64,000 bases of DNA from NCBI RefSeq assembly GCF_004010195.1, contig NC_057713.1, positions 41,783,555 through 41,847,554 on the forward strand, in the 5' to 3' direction. Under the pieces are notes generated by a model. The model was given only the letters and a program-made list of their open reading frames with translations, was not told where the DNA came from and ran no database searches. Source of the DNA: Chiloscyllium plagiosum. Its lineage: Eukaryota. The position numbers and the translations under genes were made by a program. Shown piece after piece: positions 1 to 14,449 of this stretch (position 1 is its first letter; every line of letters begins with the position of its first letter).

Positions 1-945
1 GAGGCCCTGGTCATGGTGGATGGAGGTGTAGAGGGATTGGATATCCATGGTGAAGATGAGGCATTGGGGGCCGGGGAAACGGAAGTCTTGGAGGAGATGG
101 AGGGCGTGGGTGGTGTCTCGAACATATTTGGGGAGTTCCTGGACTAGGGGGGATAGGACAGTGTTGAGGTAGGTAAGGATGAGTTCAGTGGGGCAGGAGC
201 ATGCTGAGACAATGGGTCGGCCAGGGTGGTCAGGCTTGTGAATCTTGGGAAGGAGGTAGAACCGGGCAGTGCGGGGTTCCCGGACTATGAGGTTGGAAGC
301 TGTGGGTGGGAGATCTCCTGAGGTGATGAGGTTCTGTATGGTCTGGGAGATGATGGTATGGTGATGGGAGTGGGGTCATGGTCGAGGGGGTGATAGGAGG
401 AGGTGTCTTTGAGTTGGCGTCTGGCTTCAGCGGTGTAGATGTCAGTGCGTCAACCTGCCACTGCACCCCCTTTATCTGTTGGTTTGGTGGTGAGGTTGGG
501 TTTGGAGCAGAGGGAGTGGAGGGCTGTGCGTTGTGAGGATGAGAGGTTGGAGTGGGGGAAGGGGGTGGACAGGTTGAGGCAGTTAATGTCTCGGCGGCAG
601 TTGGAAATGAAGAGATCGAGGGTGGGTAATAGGCCAGCACGGGGAGTCCAGGTGAATGGAGTGTGCTGGAGACGGGCAAAGGGGTCCTCTGAAGGTGGAC
701 GGGAGTCCTGATTGTAAAAGTAAGCTCAGAGGAGGAGTGCGCGGAAGAATTGTTCGACGTCACGGCATGTATTAAATTCATTGATGTGTGGGCGGAGGGG
801 GATAAAGGTGAGGCCTTTGCTAAGGACTGATCATTCGACCTCAGGGGGATATGGTGAAAACTTGGCAGGGCTGGGAGCTAGGACCCGGTGTAGGCGTGGA
901 GCTGGGAGTGGGTGGAGTCAGTAACTGGAGTGGGTGTGGTGGTAG
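1..945 (-). mobile_element. Penelope-like element, RT N-terminal part (disrupted), runs off the left edge
   Basis: Minus strand reads ..KPTDKGGAV.., PRTARFYLLPKIHKPDHPGRPIVSACSCPTELI..YVRDTTHALHLLQDFRFPGPQCLIFTMDIQSLYTSIHHDQGL, typical PLE RT motifs. Confidence 0.85.
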
Positions 946-2280
946 GGGGAATGTTGGAGGGAATCCTGAGGGACAGGATGTACATGTATTTGGAAAGAAA
1001 AGGATTGATTTGGGATAGTCAACATGGCTTTGTGCATGGGAAATCATGTCTCACAAACTTGATTAAGTTTTTTGAAAAAATAACAAAGAGGATTGATGAG
1101 GACAGAGCGGTAGATATGATCTATATGGTCTTCAGTTCGACAAGGTTCCCCATGGGAGACTATTTAGCAAGCTTACATCTCATGGAATAAAGGGAGACCT
1201 AGCCATTTGGATACAGAACTGACTCAAAGGTAGAAGACACAGGGTGGTGGTGGAGGGTTGTTTTTAAAATTGGAAGCCTGTGACCAGTGGAGTGCCACAA
1301 GGATTGGTGCTGGGTCCAATACTTTTTGTCAGTTACATAAATGATTTGGATGTGAGCATTACAGGTACAGTTAGTAAGTTTGCAAATGACACCAAAATTG
1401 GAGGTGTAGTGGACAACGAAGAGGGTTACAGGATCTGGACCAGATGGGCCAATGGGCTGAGAAGTGGCAGATGGAGTTTAATGCAGATAAATACGAGATG
1501 CTGCATTTTGGGAAAGCAAATCTTAGCAGGACTTATACACTTAATGGTAAGGTCCTAGGGAGTGTTGCTGAACAAAGAGACCTTGGAGTGCAGGTTCATA
1601 GCTCTCTGAAAGGTAGATAGGATAGTGAAGAAAGCGTTTGGTATGCTTTCTTTTATTGGTCAGAGTATTGAGTACAGGAGTTGGGAGGTCATGTTGCGGC
1701 TGTACAGGACATTGGTTAGGCCACTGTTGGAATATTGCATGCAATTCTGGTCTCTTTCCTATCGGAAAGATGTTGTGAAACTTGAAAGGGTTCAGAAAAG
1801 ATTTGCAAGTATGTTACCAGGGTTGGAGTATTTGAGCTATAGGGAGAGCTGAACAGGCTGGGGCTGATTTCACTGGAGCGTCGGAGGTTGAGGTGTGACC
1901 TTATAGAGGTTTACAAAATCATGAGGGGTATGGATAGGATAAATAGACAAAGTCATTTCCTTGTGGTCAGGGAGTCCAGAACTGGAGGGCTTAGGTTTAG
2001 GGTGAGAGGGGAAAGATATAAAAGAGACCTAAGGGGCAACTTTTTCACACAGAGGGTTGTTCGTGTATGGAATGAGCTGCCAGAGGAAGTGGTGGAGACT
2101 GGTGCAATTGCAACATTTAAAAGGCATTTGGATGTGTATGTGAATAGGAAGGGTTTGGAGGAATACGGGCCGGGTGCTGGCAGGTGAGACTAGATTGGGT
2201 TGGGATATCTGGTCGGCATGGATGGGTTGGACCGAAGGGTCTGTTTCCATGCTGTACATCTCTATGACTCTATGACTCTA
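946..2280 (+). mobile_element. CR1 LINE, 5'-truncated
   Basis: SQHGF..KSCLTNL, VTSGVPQG.VLGP.LF..YINDLD, FANDTK, NFFTQRVV..WN; ends in a (CTCTATGA)n tail. Confidence 0.92.
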
Positions 2281-2449
2281 AGCGGATGAAGGTACAATGG
2301 TGACTATTTTGTAGATAGCAATCTTAATAGATCACAGTCCTTACAGTGTGAAAGCAGGCCATTCAGCCCATCAAGTCCACAGTGACCCTCCAAAGTGCAT
2401 CTCAACCAGACCTACTCTTCACTTTATACCTGCAGTTCTCATGAAGTGT

Positions 2450-4285
2450 GCAAGTATTGGATGGATTGGCTTTCTTAAAGGTGGATAAATGATGGTGGCT
2501 GGATGAATAGTATCCAGGCTCTTAAAAGAAGCCGAGGAGGAAATACAACATAAAAAAAAGAACTGTGGCGGAAACAAAAACAGAAATACTTGGGAAAACT
2601 CTGCAAGTCTGATAGCATCTGTGGAAAGAAAGCAGAGTTAACATTGCAAATGGGTTCTGAAGAAGAATAACCAGACTCAAAACATTAATTCTGCTTTCTG
2701 TCCACAGATGTTGCCGGGAAATAGCTCATGCTTTGAGAATCATTTTCCAATTTGCACTAGATAGAGCTGAAATACCAGAGTAATGAAGGTTTGCAGACAT
2801 CGCACTACTAACCAAGGAAGGGTGCAAGTGATAAGCTGAATAATTATAGGTGATTAATGAGCAAAAAATTAGAATAAATACTGAGAGAAAGGATTATCAG
2901 TAACTTGAAAAGGCATATATTAATCAGGGACAATCAACATCATTTCTTTAAAGGAAGGTCATGTCTTATAAACTCAGTAGAATGTTTTTAGGGAGTTACA
3001 GGAGAATTTTTGAATGCAGAGCAATGGATGTTGTCTATATTGTTCTTAGAAAGGCATTTCACAAGGTCCCACATGACAGACTGGTCAGAAAAATTAAATC
3101 CCATAGGACACAGGGGAATGCGATGTGCTAATCCAAAATTAGTTTAGTGAAAGGAGACAAAGGGTAATGACTGACAGCTGACATTTGTGAATGAAAAGCA
3201 TTTTCCAGTAGTGCTCCACAGGGTTCAGTATTGGGTCTCTTGTTATTATATTTTCATTATTTAGACTTAAATGTCAGAGCCATGGTGGGGAAATTTACAG
3301 ACAACATATAACTTGGCTCGGTGATTGATAGTGAAGACGGTGTCTGATGACTGCAAGATTACATCAATAGCTTGGTTGAGTGGGTGGAAAAGTGGTAAAT
3401 GGATTTTAATCTGGAAAGTGTACGCTTATGCATTTGGTGAGAACAAACAAAACAAGGAATAATCATAATAATCAAGTACTGAGAAGGGCAGAGAAAGTTA
3501 CATTTCCACTGGTTCCTGAAAGTGGATGAACATTTAGGCAAAGTGATAAAGAAGGCATAAGAAATGCTCTGCTTCATTTGTCAGGTACTGAATACTAAAG
3601 TAGGAAGTAATGCTGGAACTATACAAGATATTGGTTAGAGTTGGAATTTTGTATACAGTTCAAGCCACCATATTTACAGGAAGGGATATAATTGCTCTGA
3701 GAGGGTGCAGTGAGATTTACAAAAATATTATCTGGGGCTTGAAAGCTGCAGCTGAGAGAAGCGATTAGATAGGCCAAGGTTGTTTTCCTGAAAACAGAGG
3801 AAGCTCAGAGGTGACATAATTGCCCGAAACATTAATTTTCCTGCTCCTCGAATGCTGCCTGACCTGCTGTGCTTTTCCAGCACTACTCTAATCTTGACTC
3901 GAATCTCCAGCATCTGCAATATGCACGTTCGCCTATTTGGATAGAGTGGACAGGCAAGATCTGCCACCTGCAGAGGTCAATTATTAGAGGTACACATTCA
4001 AGTGATTAGGGGAAGAACGAGAGGGGACTTTTGCAAAACCTTTTTCACTCGCAGAGTAGTGGGTCTCCAGAATTTGGTACCCAGTTTGGTCCTTGAGGTG
4101 GACACCCTCAATCTATATAAAAGGAATCTGGATCTGTAGCTAAAGTGCAACAGTTTCTAACGCATACAGACGAGGTGTTAGAAAGTATGATTGGAATGCT
4201 TGTTAATTTATTCAGCCGGTGCAAGTACTGGTACAGGCCGAACACCAACTTTTGCTGTAACTTATCTATTGTTCTATGTTTCCAT
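2450..4285 (+). mobile_element. Older decayed CR1 with short PLE-terminal-repeat inserts (2575-2715, 3820-3920)
   Basis: Degenerate CR1 RT motifs and a ttctatgtttccatga tail. Confidence 0.7.
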
Positions 4286-5147
4286 GAATAAAGAAGTTTC
4301 ATTTTTTATCTTCAAATCTGATGGGATCTTCCTGAAATTGAGGACATTTTGGAAAACTTAAAACAATGCATGAACTACCTCATTAGCCACTTCCTTTAAA
4401 TTCTACAATGCTTGTCAGCAACAGTTCCAACAATTTATTCAGTACCACTGAGTTTCTGGAGATTGTAATGTCTCTGAGTTTCTGTATCCCAGACATCCCC
4501 AGATTTAGCTGCTTCTGGGATGTCACTCATCTCTATAGAGAAAACCAGTAAAACATCTGCTCCGTTCAAATATCTTTCTTTTCTATTACCTATTCTCAAT
4601 ACTCATATTTTATAGGGTCAACATTTATTAATGCTTTTCCTTTTAAAAATATTTATAACACGTTTACTGTTTGTCTTTATATTTTTGTCTAGCTTTCTCT
4701 CATTACATAACTTCCTGCTTCTTTTAGTCATTTTTGTATTGCATATATTTATTTTATTTATATATGTTTTTATATTCTGTCCAATCTTCATATCTATGAT
4801 AAGTCTTTGCATGATTTTATGCTTTTTTTATGCTTGGTACTACCTTTAACATTTTTAGTTAAGAACGATGGTACATGGACATTGAGTTATCCACAAATGA
4901 TGATTATTTGCATTTTTAAAAATCGTTCTATCATTAAAATTATAAAATTGCCACTCCTGATATTCATGCACGGAAAAATACATTCAGATATCCTGATTTT
5001 CATTAGTATCAATAATATGTTTTCCACAATTATTGCTAAAAATATAAGCTCTTATCCATACCTAAGTGTACAGTTGCAATTTTACAGAAATTTGGCTGAA
5101 ACTATTCATTTGCTTTCGGCACCACTGTTAAGTCTTGTAATGCTCAC

Positions 5148-5222
5148 CTTTCTATAGATAATATTTGTAATAACTGAAGAACTCAAGGTTTTTGGATCAG
5201 CATGAAAACACAATCCTCCAGT
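5148..5222 (-). CDS. TMEM67: TMEM67 coding exon 6
   Basis: tgtttctag|TGGLCFHADPKTLSSSVITNIIYRK|gtgagc; matches the human exon starting TGGLCF. 75 bp, phase 0 to 0. Exon 7 was not found in the window. Confidence 0.92.
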
Positions 5223-5561
5223 CTAGAAACAAACAGAAGTAATGTTGGTAATAGATCAGTTAACTGTAGTGCTCCTCTCAGGTTTGTTCCTCCATTGAAC
5301 ATATTATTTTAAATAATCATATCCTGAATTTTAAAACAATGATATTAGAGTGGAACAAAAAAATATAGATTTTAAATACTTGTATGCCGATTCAGTGTAT
5401 CATAATCAAGAATATGTTTGTACATTTGACAAAATAACATTGCTATTAAGTGGACTTCCAATCCATACATTGGTGCACAACTTGAGAAATGAGGAGCAAA
5501 CCTTTTACCCCTAGTAGTTACAGCATAGTTGTGAGATAATTTCAGAATAACATTTTCTTAC

Positions 5562-5628
5562 CAGAATGTTTGACTGGCAATCACAAGAGTGTGTGGCATT
5601 GATGAATGTTTCATGACATCTGATGCAG
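5562..5628 (-). CDS. TMEM67: TMEM67 coding exon 5
   Basis: ctttccaccag|(L)CIRCHETFINATHSCDCQSNIL|gtaaga; matches human CVRCEPTFVNTSRSCAC..NIL. 67 bp, phase 2 to 0. Confidence 0.93.
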
Positions 5629-8089
5629 CTGGTGGAAAGAGCAAAAACATTTAAAACAATTTTAAGTTAATACCCTGCCATCCTGCGCCCCACTACCTTC
5701 AGTCCACCACCCCCAAATATGCATATTGCACCATCCTCCACCCCTACATCCACCAATGCTGCACCAAACAGACATTTCATCAAATTTAGATTGCTCATTG
5801 AAGCATAAATTTGATCACTTTAAGGCCAATAGAAGATCTATATAAAATCCATTAGGTTTGTTGTTTCCAGTGAGTGTAAATTACTCGGGAACTTTTGGCT
5901 GAGGAGAAAATCTTGATCTTGCATTTACATTCTTAAAATATACAAGGAACATTTTGCATGTAATCCTCTAACATACAAGCCATACAAGCAAAATTTATTT
6001 ATTGAAGAGTTAAATTAAAACTTTCATTTACAATTGGTGGATCATTGAAAGTCTAACCACACAAAATAGATGTTTTGTCAGTGGTCTTATGTTACCAGCT
6101 CTAAGTCTAATTAGAACTAAGCCGACTTTAAACCTGTCAATTGTGTCTCTGATTGCATGTTCGTAACTTAGAGTTCCTAGGGAACTACTCAGAAGAGATA
6201 GGGTTAAGGGGAGAACTTCCTCGACTCTGATTTTCATTTTTCAGTCTTTGCTGGAAAGTGTTTTGAAGGAGAAAGACAGAAGCATGTATCAAGCTCCGAA
6301 GTGCCAGAAGTATTTCAAGAGAGCAACATGTGCCAAGCAGTGTTCTTAAGAAAAGTAGCTTAAAGTAATGTTATTATCATAAAATAAAGAGTTACTATTA
6401 ATCCCAAACCAGTGTGAGAATACAGTTGGTAGAAAAGAAGTGAAATTAAGACTTTTCAAGTTAGAAAGAAGAGGGGGAGAATGAAGCTTTTCATAAATAG
6501 TGTAGCACTGGAAGGAAACTAAGTCAGGAGTGCAATAATAAAGGTAAGAAAGATTATCTATAGCTCCAGCAGATCAGTTGAAATTTTAATTACTTCAGGC
6601 CCATCAAAATTTTAAAAAATACAGAAGAGAAAGAAGAATCTCTTTCTCTCTGTTTCTCTTGCTTAAGGAACAGCGTGAGATATAATTAGAATTGCAACAA
6701 TGTTTGAAAGCCGAATCAGGGTGTGACAATTCTGATACAAAGGTGTGGTTTCTGTTTAATCTATTAAGAGTGCTTGTATTATTCTACTGTACATTTAAAA
6801 ATCTTTGAATCTGGGTTATAGCAGAATTGAATGTGTGTTTTTTTTCTGATTTATCTTCATTTCTGTTGTTAAAACAAAGACCGCAACATTGTTTGCTTAT
6901 GTTTTAGTAAAAGAACACTTTAAATCATGATCTATCTAGCTAATTTCTTGTTGGGGACCTGGCATATCTGGTACTAACATTAATTGGACTCTACCCCACA
7001 ATAATTGGGGTCATTAGAACACAATACCACGCAATGTAAATTGCTATTCCTTTGCAATTTGACATTCTTACAATTTGGATGAGCACAAACAAAAAGCTTC
7101 CATAGCATATCTCTTTTTTTAGCAATACTTAGTTTCTGTACTATATATCTGATTTTGATAACAGATTGCAAACCAATGGAACACAGCATTCCAGCTGTAT
7201 CATTTCTGTAAGCATATTTTGCATATCTAAAACACCTAAAAATGTTTAAGTTTAGACTATTTTCATGGTGAATGATATTTCATGGAAAGAGAATGGTAAA
7301 TAGGAAGGGTATTTTTCCTAATCCTTTTTGAGGTTGATGAGAGACCTACCAAGGTATTGTCTGCCCATGTGCAGATTCTATATGGATGGATAACAGCAAA
7401 TGTAAAAAAGGCAAGCAATCAAACTAAATAAGCAACTTGTGGGTGACACATTTCCTCATGCTTAAATTAAGGGGAGTGTTCAACAGGGAACTCCTTTTTT
7501 GGAAATCTACTGTTGAGATTTTATCCACATTATGAAAGTAGTCAAATGACCCCTGAGGCAGAATTTATAGTTGAGCTACCATTACCTAGCTTATATCAAC
7601 TCTGAACAGAGGCGATCTACTCAATGAGAATGTGGGTTATGTGGCTTATCAGTATCATGTATAAATGACCAAGAGCAGTCTTACATAGTTAGATGTTTAT
7701 TTTCATCCTCACATGACTCATGAGATCGAACAAAGTGTTATTCAATGAATGGCTATGAACTCGACAAGGGAGTATGGGTTCATAGAGGAGCTATGAGGAA
7801 TCATTGAGGTGCCATGGATAATATAAACAGGAATGTAGGTCACATGAGTGTTAAGGTGCTGTAGAGAAAAAGATTAAAGGTATAAGAGCCTTTTATAGAA
7901 CCAGGCTGATTGTCAGAGAACTGAAGTGGTCCTTCTGACTAGCCTACTTAGATGTTTGGCCTGTAACTGCTCTGAAACTGCCTCTGGAAGGAGATGGTTC
8001 AACTTGATTATGTTTGTAAGAGTTCATTTCCATGCAGATGGGTCTGCCAAGTCAGGAACTTTCTTGATTTGAGCTTCCCTTTACAATCA

Positions 8090-8390
8090 AAAGGTGTGGT
8101 GCTGGAAAAGCACAGCCGGTCAGGCAGCATCTGAGGAGCAGGAGAGTCGACGTTTCGAGCATGAGCTCTTAATCAGGAATGAGGGACGCCCAAGAGGACT
8201 GAGAGATAAATGGGATGGGGGTGGGGCTGGGGGATGGTAGTTAGGAATGCAAAAGGGAGATGGAGGTGGGGGGGGGGTGAAGGTGATAGGTCGGAGAGGA
8301 GGGTGGAGCGGATAGTTGAGAAAGGAGATGGACTGATAGGACAGTTCAAGAGGGCAGTGCCGGGTTAGAAGGTTGGATCTGGGATAAGAA
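8090..8390 (-). mobile_element. PLE terminal-repeat fragment with a degenerate hammerhead (8147-8180)
   Basis: Same family as 46378-46841. Minus strand reads CTGATTA-A-GAGC-TCAT-GCTC-GAAACGTC. Confidence 0.75.
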
Positions 8391-8894
8391 AAAGATAATA
8401 ATAAGAAAACAGGCCTAATCTGTATAATCCTTCCACATAGCTTAACCCCTGATATCCAGGTATCATTTTTGTAAACTTACTGGTGCTCAGGCCTAGTAAC
8501 TGTTCCTAAGACAATGTAGCACTAAGATTGTGTGTGGTACTCACTCAGTTATACCAAGGAGTAAGGAAAATCCATCTTTTTTTTTAAATCAACTAAAGCT
8601 TGACAAAGCATTCAAGATTACTGACTACATTCAATTAGGGACCTCTATGTGCCCTTGGTATAATTAGTGTCCTGAATCCTGAAAGGAAAACAAAAGTATT
8701 TACCATATGTTTGATATGGTAAAATGAAGAAGGATTTAACCCCCCTCCCCCACCCAGCAGATCAGGCGTGCATTAAAATCAATAAAGAATGCAGACCAAA
8801 CATCAAAGAAGAGATGCAAATTAATTAAAATGACAATTAGATTTTGATCCAAGAACATAGCATCAACTTGAATGCAAGGAGGGCAAGATAAACA

Positions 8895-9078
8895 GTGTCG
8901 AGAGTGTGGTGCTGGTAAAGCACGACAGGTCAGGCAGCATCCAAGGAGCAGGAGAATCGACGTTTCGGGCAAAAGCTCTTCAATTCTCCTACTCCTCGGA
9001 TGCTGCCTGACCTGTTGTGTTTTTCCAGCACCACACTTTCGACTCTAATCTCCAGCATCTGAAGTCCTCAATTTCGCC
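8895..9078. repeat. Fold-back (inverted) pair of PLE terminal-repeat fragments
   Basis: ~8897-8958 is the reverse complement of ~8983-9042. Confidence 0.8.
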
Positions 9079-10259
9079 CATTCAGGAGAGATGTTAGGAA
9101 ACACTTCTGTACAAAGAGTGGTAGAGATTTCGAACTCTCTTCAAAGTTCAATGACCTAAACACTTGACTAGCTTTTGAAATTCTTGGTGAAATTGTCTCC
9201 TGAGTTCATTCTGAAGTATTGCATCAATTCTCTCAAACACAACTGGATGAAACATGCATTCCAGCTCAAAATGAGTTATTCTGATTTCTGTGTGCAAATA
9301 ATGTCTCAATGATGTTTTGTTCTCCATGGTTATTTACAAATCAATGTGAAGGCCTATGTCTGTTAGACCTTGGAGTTTTATGTTTGCTGATCTGACTTAC
9401 ACAGACTTCAACCACTGCAAGCTAACTACCAGTACTTAACTAGCTTCTCCCGCATCAAGTGCTAAAATGGCTGCCTCCAGAGCTCCCACTTTTGGCCTTA
9501 CAGTTTTCCTTCCACATTATCAAATGGTCTACCTGACCTACCAACCCAAAAAACTGCTGCATCTGACTGACCCAGGTGAGTATTTTGGGTTTGCCTTCTT
9601 ACTGTTGAGACATTCCAATTATGTTTTTCCTCTCCAGAGATTTGCTAGTTCATTGTTATGATTCAATGTCTTCTAAGGTTCTTTTTTATGCCTTTTGGAG
9701 TCTTTCTGCACTATCACTTTGTTATCAGAGTCTTCTAAGGTCTTTGTTATCTGTCTCTGAAATGTTGTCCTTTTCCAGTTGTTTTATTCTGGAAGAGTTT
9801 TGAAATCTAGCAGATGGCCTGTCTTCAAATCTTCCTTTTAAAAATTCAGTTACACCTTTGAAGTCTTCCCATGTTCATTACTGCTTTCAGAGTCTTCTCT
9901 TTTCAGTAATAGAAAGATCAATGAAAGATATCTGGGATTTTCCAGTCTGCTTCCACTTCCTCTAGATGACAGTGGCTAGTTTAGGTGCCTGGAGTTGGTG
10001 TCCCCACAGCAGACTGAAGGATGAGCACTCTAAGAATGATTGAAGGCCTTCACTGGCCGCACTGCCAGTAGCCTTCTCATTATTAATCCCATTCCTGCCC
10101 ACCAGTGATTGATCTATTTCTTAATTTCAAACTTAAAAAAAATTGGCAGGTGAGCGCCTTCTTCTTGGAGCTCCCTCTCTTTTTAATCTTGCCTTCAACT
10201 ACCAGCTGCTACTTTCTTATGTTCTTCAGTCTACAAGGTATTTGGCCCTGCAGCTCTTC

Positions 10260-10545
10260 AAAATAAAGGGCCGCCAATTTAAGACTGAGGTGAGGAGGAA
10301 TTTATTCACTCAGAGGGTTGTGAGTCTTTGGAACTTCTTGCCACAGAGGCCTGTTGGGGCAGAGTCCTTGTGTATATTTAAGGCTGAGAAGAATAGATTC
10401 CTGATGAGTAGAGGAATCAAGAGTTATGGAGATACCGCAGGAATTGGATGTGAGTTATTAGCCGGATTAGCCATGATCCTATTGAATGGCACAGAAGGCT
10501 TGAGAGACCGAATGGTCTATTGTTATTCCTATTTCTTATGGACAT
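10260..10545 (+). mobile_element. CR1 3' end
   Basis: FKTEVRRNLFTQRVVSLWN motif and a tail. Confidence 0.8.
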
Positions 10546-11639
10546 ATAGGATCGAGAGCCTAACTACAGGCCACTTAAGATGGAACCCCTGTGAAAACCC
10601 TGCCCCTGGCAACAACTGCGACTATTGCTTCATCTTTCTTGGATGGAACATCTGGGGTTCTAGCTTTTTCATCAGTTGGTCAGACTCGATGATGTGATAA
10701 TTTTGTTGATTTCCAAATTTCTAATATATGTCATGGATTCACCCGTGATTCCCTTACTTGGCAGTAAAGCCATGCAGGGAGCAATCAGTAATACACTGCC
10801 CACTGGAATCCAGGGAATAAGCCTAGAAATGTTATACAACACAATTTCACTTTAAAACTAAATGCAAATTTCAGTAGGTGTATAACTGTTAATTGTTATT
10901 TAATGCAAGGATTTTGGGCTTTTCTTACAATTATCAATAGTACATAAAATGAATGATGCAAAACGAAATGTAATTTTTTCAGTCTTTGCCCTCATTTTCA
11001 TCTCCCTTATAAATAGTCGAAACAAGTTAATATTATCTATTCACTTGAGTGTTTACAGCTAGTGCAATTAGCCACTATTTTCTATCTGTAGTTTGCACCC
11101 TTCCTTCTTCCTGTTTGCGTATAACACTGACAACATAGAATTATAGAATTACTTTATTGTATCCATTCTTTGACTTATTGATACTGAAAAGCAACACATT
11201 TGTATTTGAATTATTGTGTCTATTAACCACAGAGAAATAAATAACGTTTTCAGGCGTTTTTGTCTTATCAAGACTGACTACATATTATAAAATTTAGTCT
11301 GCAGTCAAGCTATTATTACATATAATGAAAAGTTATCATTTTCCATCGAGCAAAAATGCTTTGGAATGCTTTGCGTTTTCTTTGCGTTTTGCAGTCCAGA
11401 AGCTTACTTAGTCTCACTATCTACTCCATAGATGATAATAAAGAATGTGATAGAGACATGTGCTCTTCTATCGTTTTGATATCCACCAACCGATTCCCAT
11501 CTGTACTCACCTAGTAGGGTGCTTAATCCATTCCTAATCATCAGATCTTCCAACAGAAACCTGGGCACCCACAAGGAGCTGTCGGCCATCAGGAGCAGAA
11601 CAACTGTATTCAACCACAATCTGTAACCTCTTGATTTGG

Positions 11640-13200
11640 CTTACCCCCATCCTACCATTACTATCAAGCAGGGACATTTTGTGAAGAGTGCATTAAGCAG
11701 GTCAGGAGCAGCACCAGATATATCCAAAAAAAAAGCTGTCAACCAAGTGAAGCTGTAATGCAAGACTATTATGCCAAACAGTGGAAGCAGCAGGTGATAA
11801 CACCAAACTAACAGATTAGATCTGAGCTCTGCAGTCTTGCGACATCCTGTTGTGAATGGTGGTGGACAGTTAAAAAAAAAACAGGGGGATGAGAAGACTT
11901 CACAAATACCTCCATCAATAGCAGTGAGCTCAGCAAAAGATAATGCAAAAGTCAAGGCTGAAACATTTGCAACAATTTTCAGACAGTAATGCCAAGCGGA
12001 TAACCCATCTTGGGCCTCCTGAGGTCCATTGTCTCACAGCTACCAGTCTTCAGTTAATTTGATTCACTTCACATGATATCAGGAAACAGCTGAGGGCATT
12101 GGATGCAGTAAATTCCATACGTCCTGACAATATTTCAGCAATATTACTGAAGATCTGCCCTAAAAATAGCAGCACCCCTGGCCAAACTGTTCTAATACCG
12201 CTACAAAACTAACATCTGGCCGACAATGTGGGAAGATTTTTTTTATTCATTCACAGATGAGAGTGTCTCTGGCTAGGCCAGTATTTATTCTCCATCCTTA
12301 ATTGCCCAGAGGGCAGTTAAGAGTCAACCACATTGCTATGGATCTGGAGTCACATGTCAGCCAGACCAGGTAAACATGGCAGTTTTCTTCCATAAAAGAC
12401 ATTAGTGCACTAGATGGATTTTCCTGACAATCAACAATGAATTCATGGTCATTATTAGACTCTTAATTCCAGATTTTTATTGAATTCATGTACCACTACT
12501 GGCTGTAGCAGGACTCAAACCCAGATCAACAGAATATTACCTGGGTCTCTGGATTAACAGTCCAGCAATAATGCCATAGGCCATTACATCCAATTGCTCA
12601 GTTATGTTGTGTCCACAAAATGTAGGACTATCCAACAATGCCATTTACTGTCCGATCAATCGACTCTTGATCACCAGTAAAGTAATGGAAGAGATGCTGA
12701 CATCACGTTATTATGGCACTTACTCAGTTCAGGTTCTGCCAAGGCTATTCAGCTTCTAACCTTGTTACAGTTTTGATCCAAAAAAGAGCTGAACTCCAGA
12801 GGAAAGATGGAAGCAACTCTTGTTAATATCAAAACAGCATTTGAATAAGTAAAGGAATATCATGGGCATCAAGGAGCCCAAGCAAACCTAGAGTCAAAGG
12901 AAATCAGGAGAAAAATATCCGTTGGTCAAGGTCGTACCTAATACAAAGGAAGATATTTATAGTTGTTGTCCATCAATAATTTCAGTCCCTAGGCTCCACT
13001 GCAGCAGTTTCTCAAGGTAGTGTCCCACTTTCAGCTGCCCTCTTAATTACTTACTCTCCATTATAAAGTCAGATGTGGGAATGTCTGCTGATGACTGAAC
13101 TATGTTCAACAACATGTGGGATTCTTCAGATACTGAAGCAGTTTAGGTCCGTGTGCAGCAAGACTTGAACAATATTCAGACTTGATAACTGGCACATAAC
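11640..13200 (+). mobile_element. Decayed CR1/L2-group LINE RT fragment, interrupted by a SINE
   Basis: Degenerate RT-region sequence (PDNI.A..LK; SQGS; ADD-like motif); related to 43620-44290 and 61830-62570. Confidence 0.6.
12238..12590 (-). mobile_element. tRNA-derived SINE
   Basis: tRNA-like head with a B-box-like GGGTTTGAGTCC on the minus strand at ~12510-12525; A-rich tail at the left end. Confidence 0.65.
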
Positions 13201-14449
13201 TGGAGCACACACGAACCGAAAAAAATTCAGCACTTTGATCCCATTTTGCTCATCACGATCATGGCTGATCTTCAATACCATTTTCTTGCACAAACTCTGT
13301 TTAAGGTCTTTAAACATTAACAAGTGAAAGAGGGTGTCTGCTGGAATCCTACTAGCTCCAGTTCCATATGATCTGACATTGTTATGATATAGTTCCTTTC
13401 ACACATGCTCAGAAGCTATTCTTAGAGCTGTGGTATAAAGACCCACTTACTCTACATCGCCCCGCCCTGCCTGCAAGTTCTTTGTGGTGTCCCTTTTAAT
13501 CAGTTAAGCACAAACGTTTAATTTTTTATCTCCCACTTCCTCCCTAACCCCAATATATCTCTTCCGCTTGCAGCGTTAACTTCCCATTGTTCACAGCTCT
13601 TGAGAGGACTTATCAGCAGCATGTTCTTCTGTATCACTGTCTGGGAGGCTGGCAGAGAGGCAAAGTGGGAAGCCAGCTTCTTTGCAGCTGCTGGATAATG
13701 GTTTAATTTACTTTTCCATGTACTTCTTCGCCTTTTTCAGACTTTTGTCCTGATTCTGCTGGTTTTTCTGTCATTAAGAATAGCTTGCTTCTCTATGGCA
13801 TTCTACTATGAACTTAGAGAGATATCTCAAGAGTGTCTTAAGCATTATGGGTGTAAATAACCAAATTAACTGCAGTAGTTCAAAGAAGGTTAACTCACTG
13901 GAAACTTCTCAAGGATAATTAGGGATGAGCAATAAATGCTGGCTAAGTGAGACTAAATAAAAAAAAAGTGAAGTGGGTGGATTAATTGTTTCCTTCTGTG
14001 AGGGGAAAATATCAATCTCAAATGATGAGAGGCCCTTCACAGGACACAGACACCTATAAAGTACAGACCTGTGACTAATACATAGTATATGAACCTTCAT
14101 CATTAACCTATTGTGTGGACCACAAATCCTTGTCTCAAGCACTCTTGACTCTTTCAAGCAACTGAAAGGATTAATCCCACTAAGTGCTGTGATGTCATTA
14201 CAACATTTGACAATCTATTGCCTGGCCTGGCTGCAACTCACTTGTGCTTGGTGAATTTTCACGTGCTGATCATGACTCTATGCCAACCCCTAAATGTGAA
14301 CTGGTGACTCTGAGTTAAAGGTCAGACAATAGTGTCCCCTCTACACAGGTCTATGGTTGCATTTTCCATGTCCCTTTGTAAGTTGAGAAGATGTAAGTTC
14401 TTAACAACCTGAAAGCCCAAAGGTATAAGGGAGGGTTATTGCAAAGAAC

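Noticed and set aside
230-781. 183-aa Pro/Ser-rich ORF
   Set aside because: It is an alternative frame of the PLE RT region, not a host gene.
4618-5157. Hydrophobic AT-rich ORFs and the search for TMEM67 exon 7
   Set aside because: These are low-complexity intronic frames; no exon resembling human SEWF..LQSSAAAC was found left of 5148.
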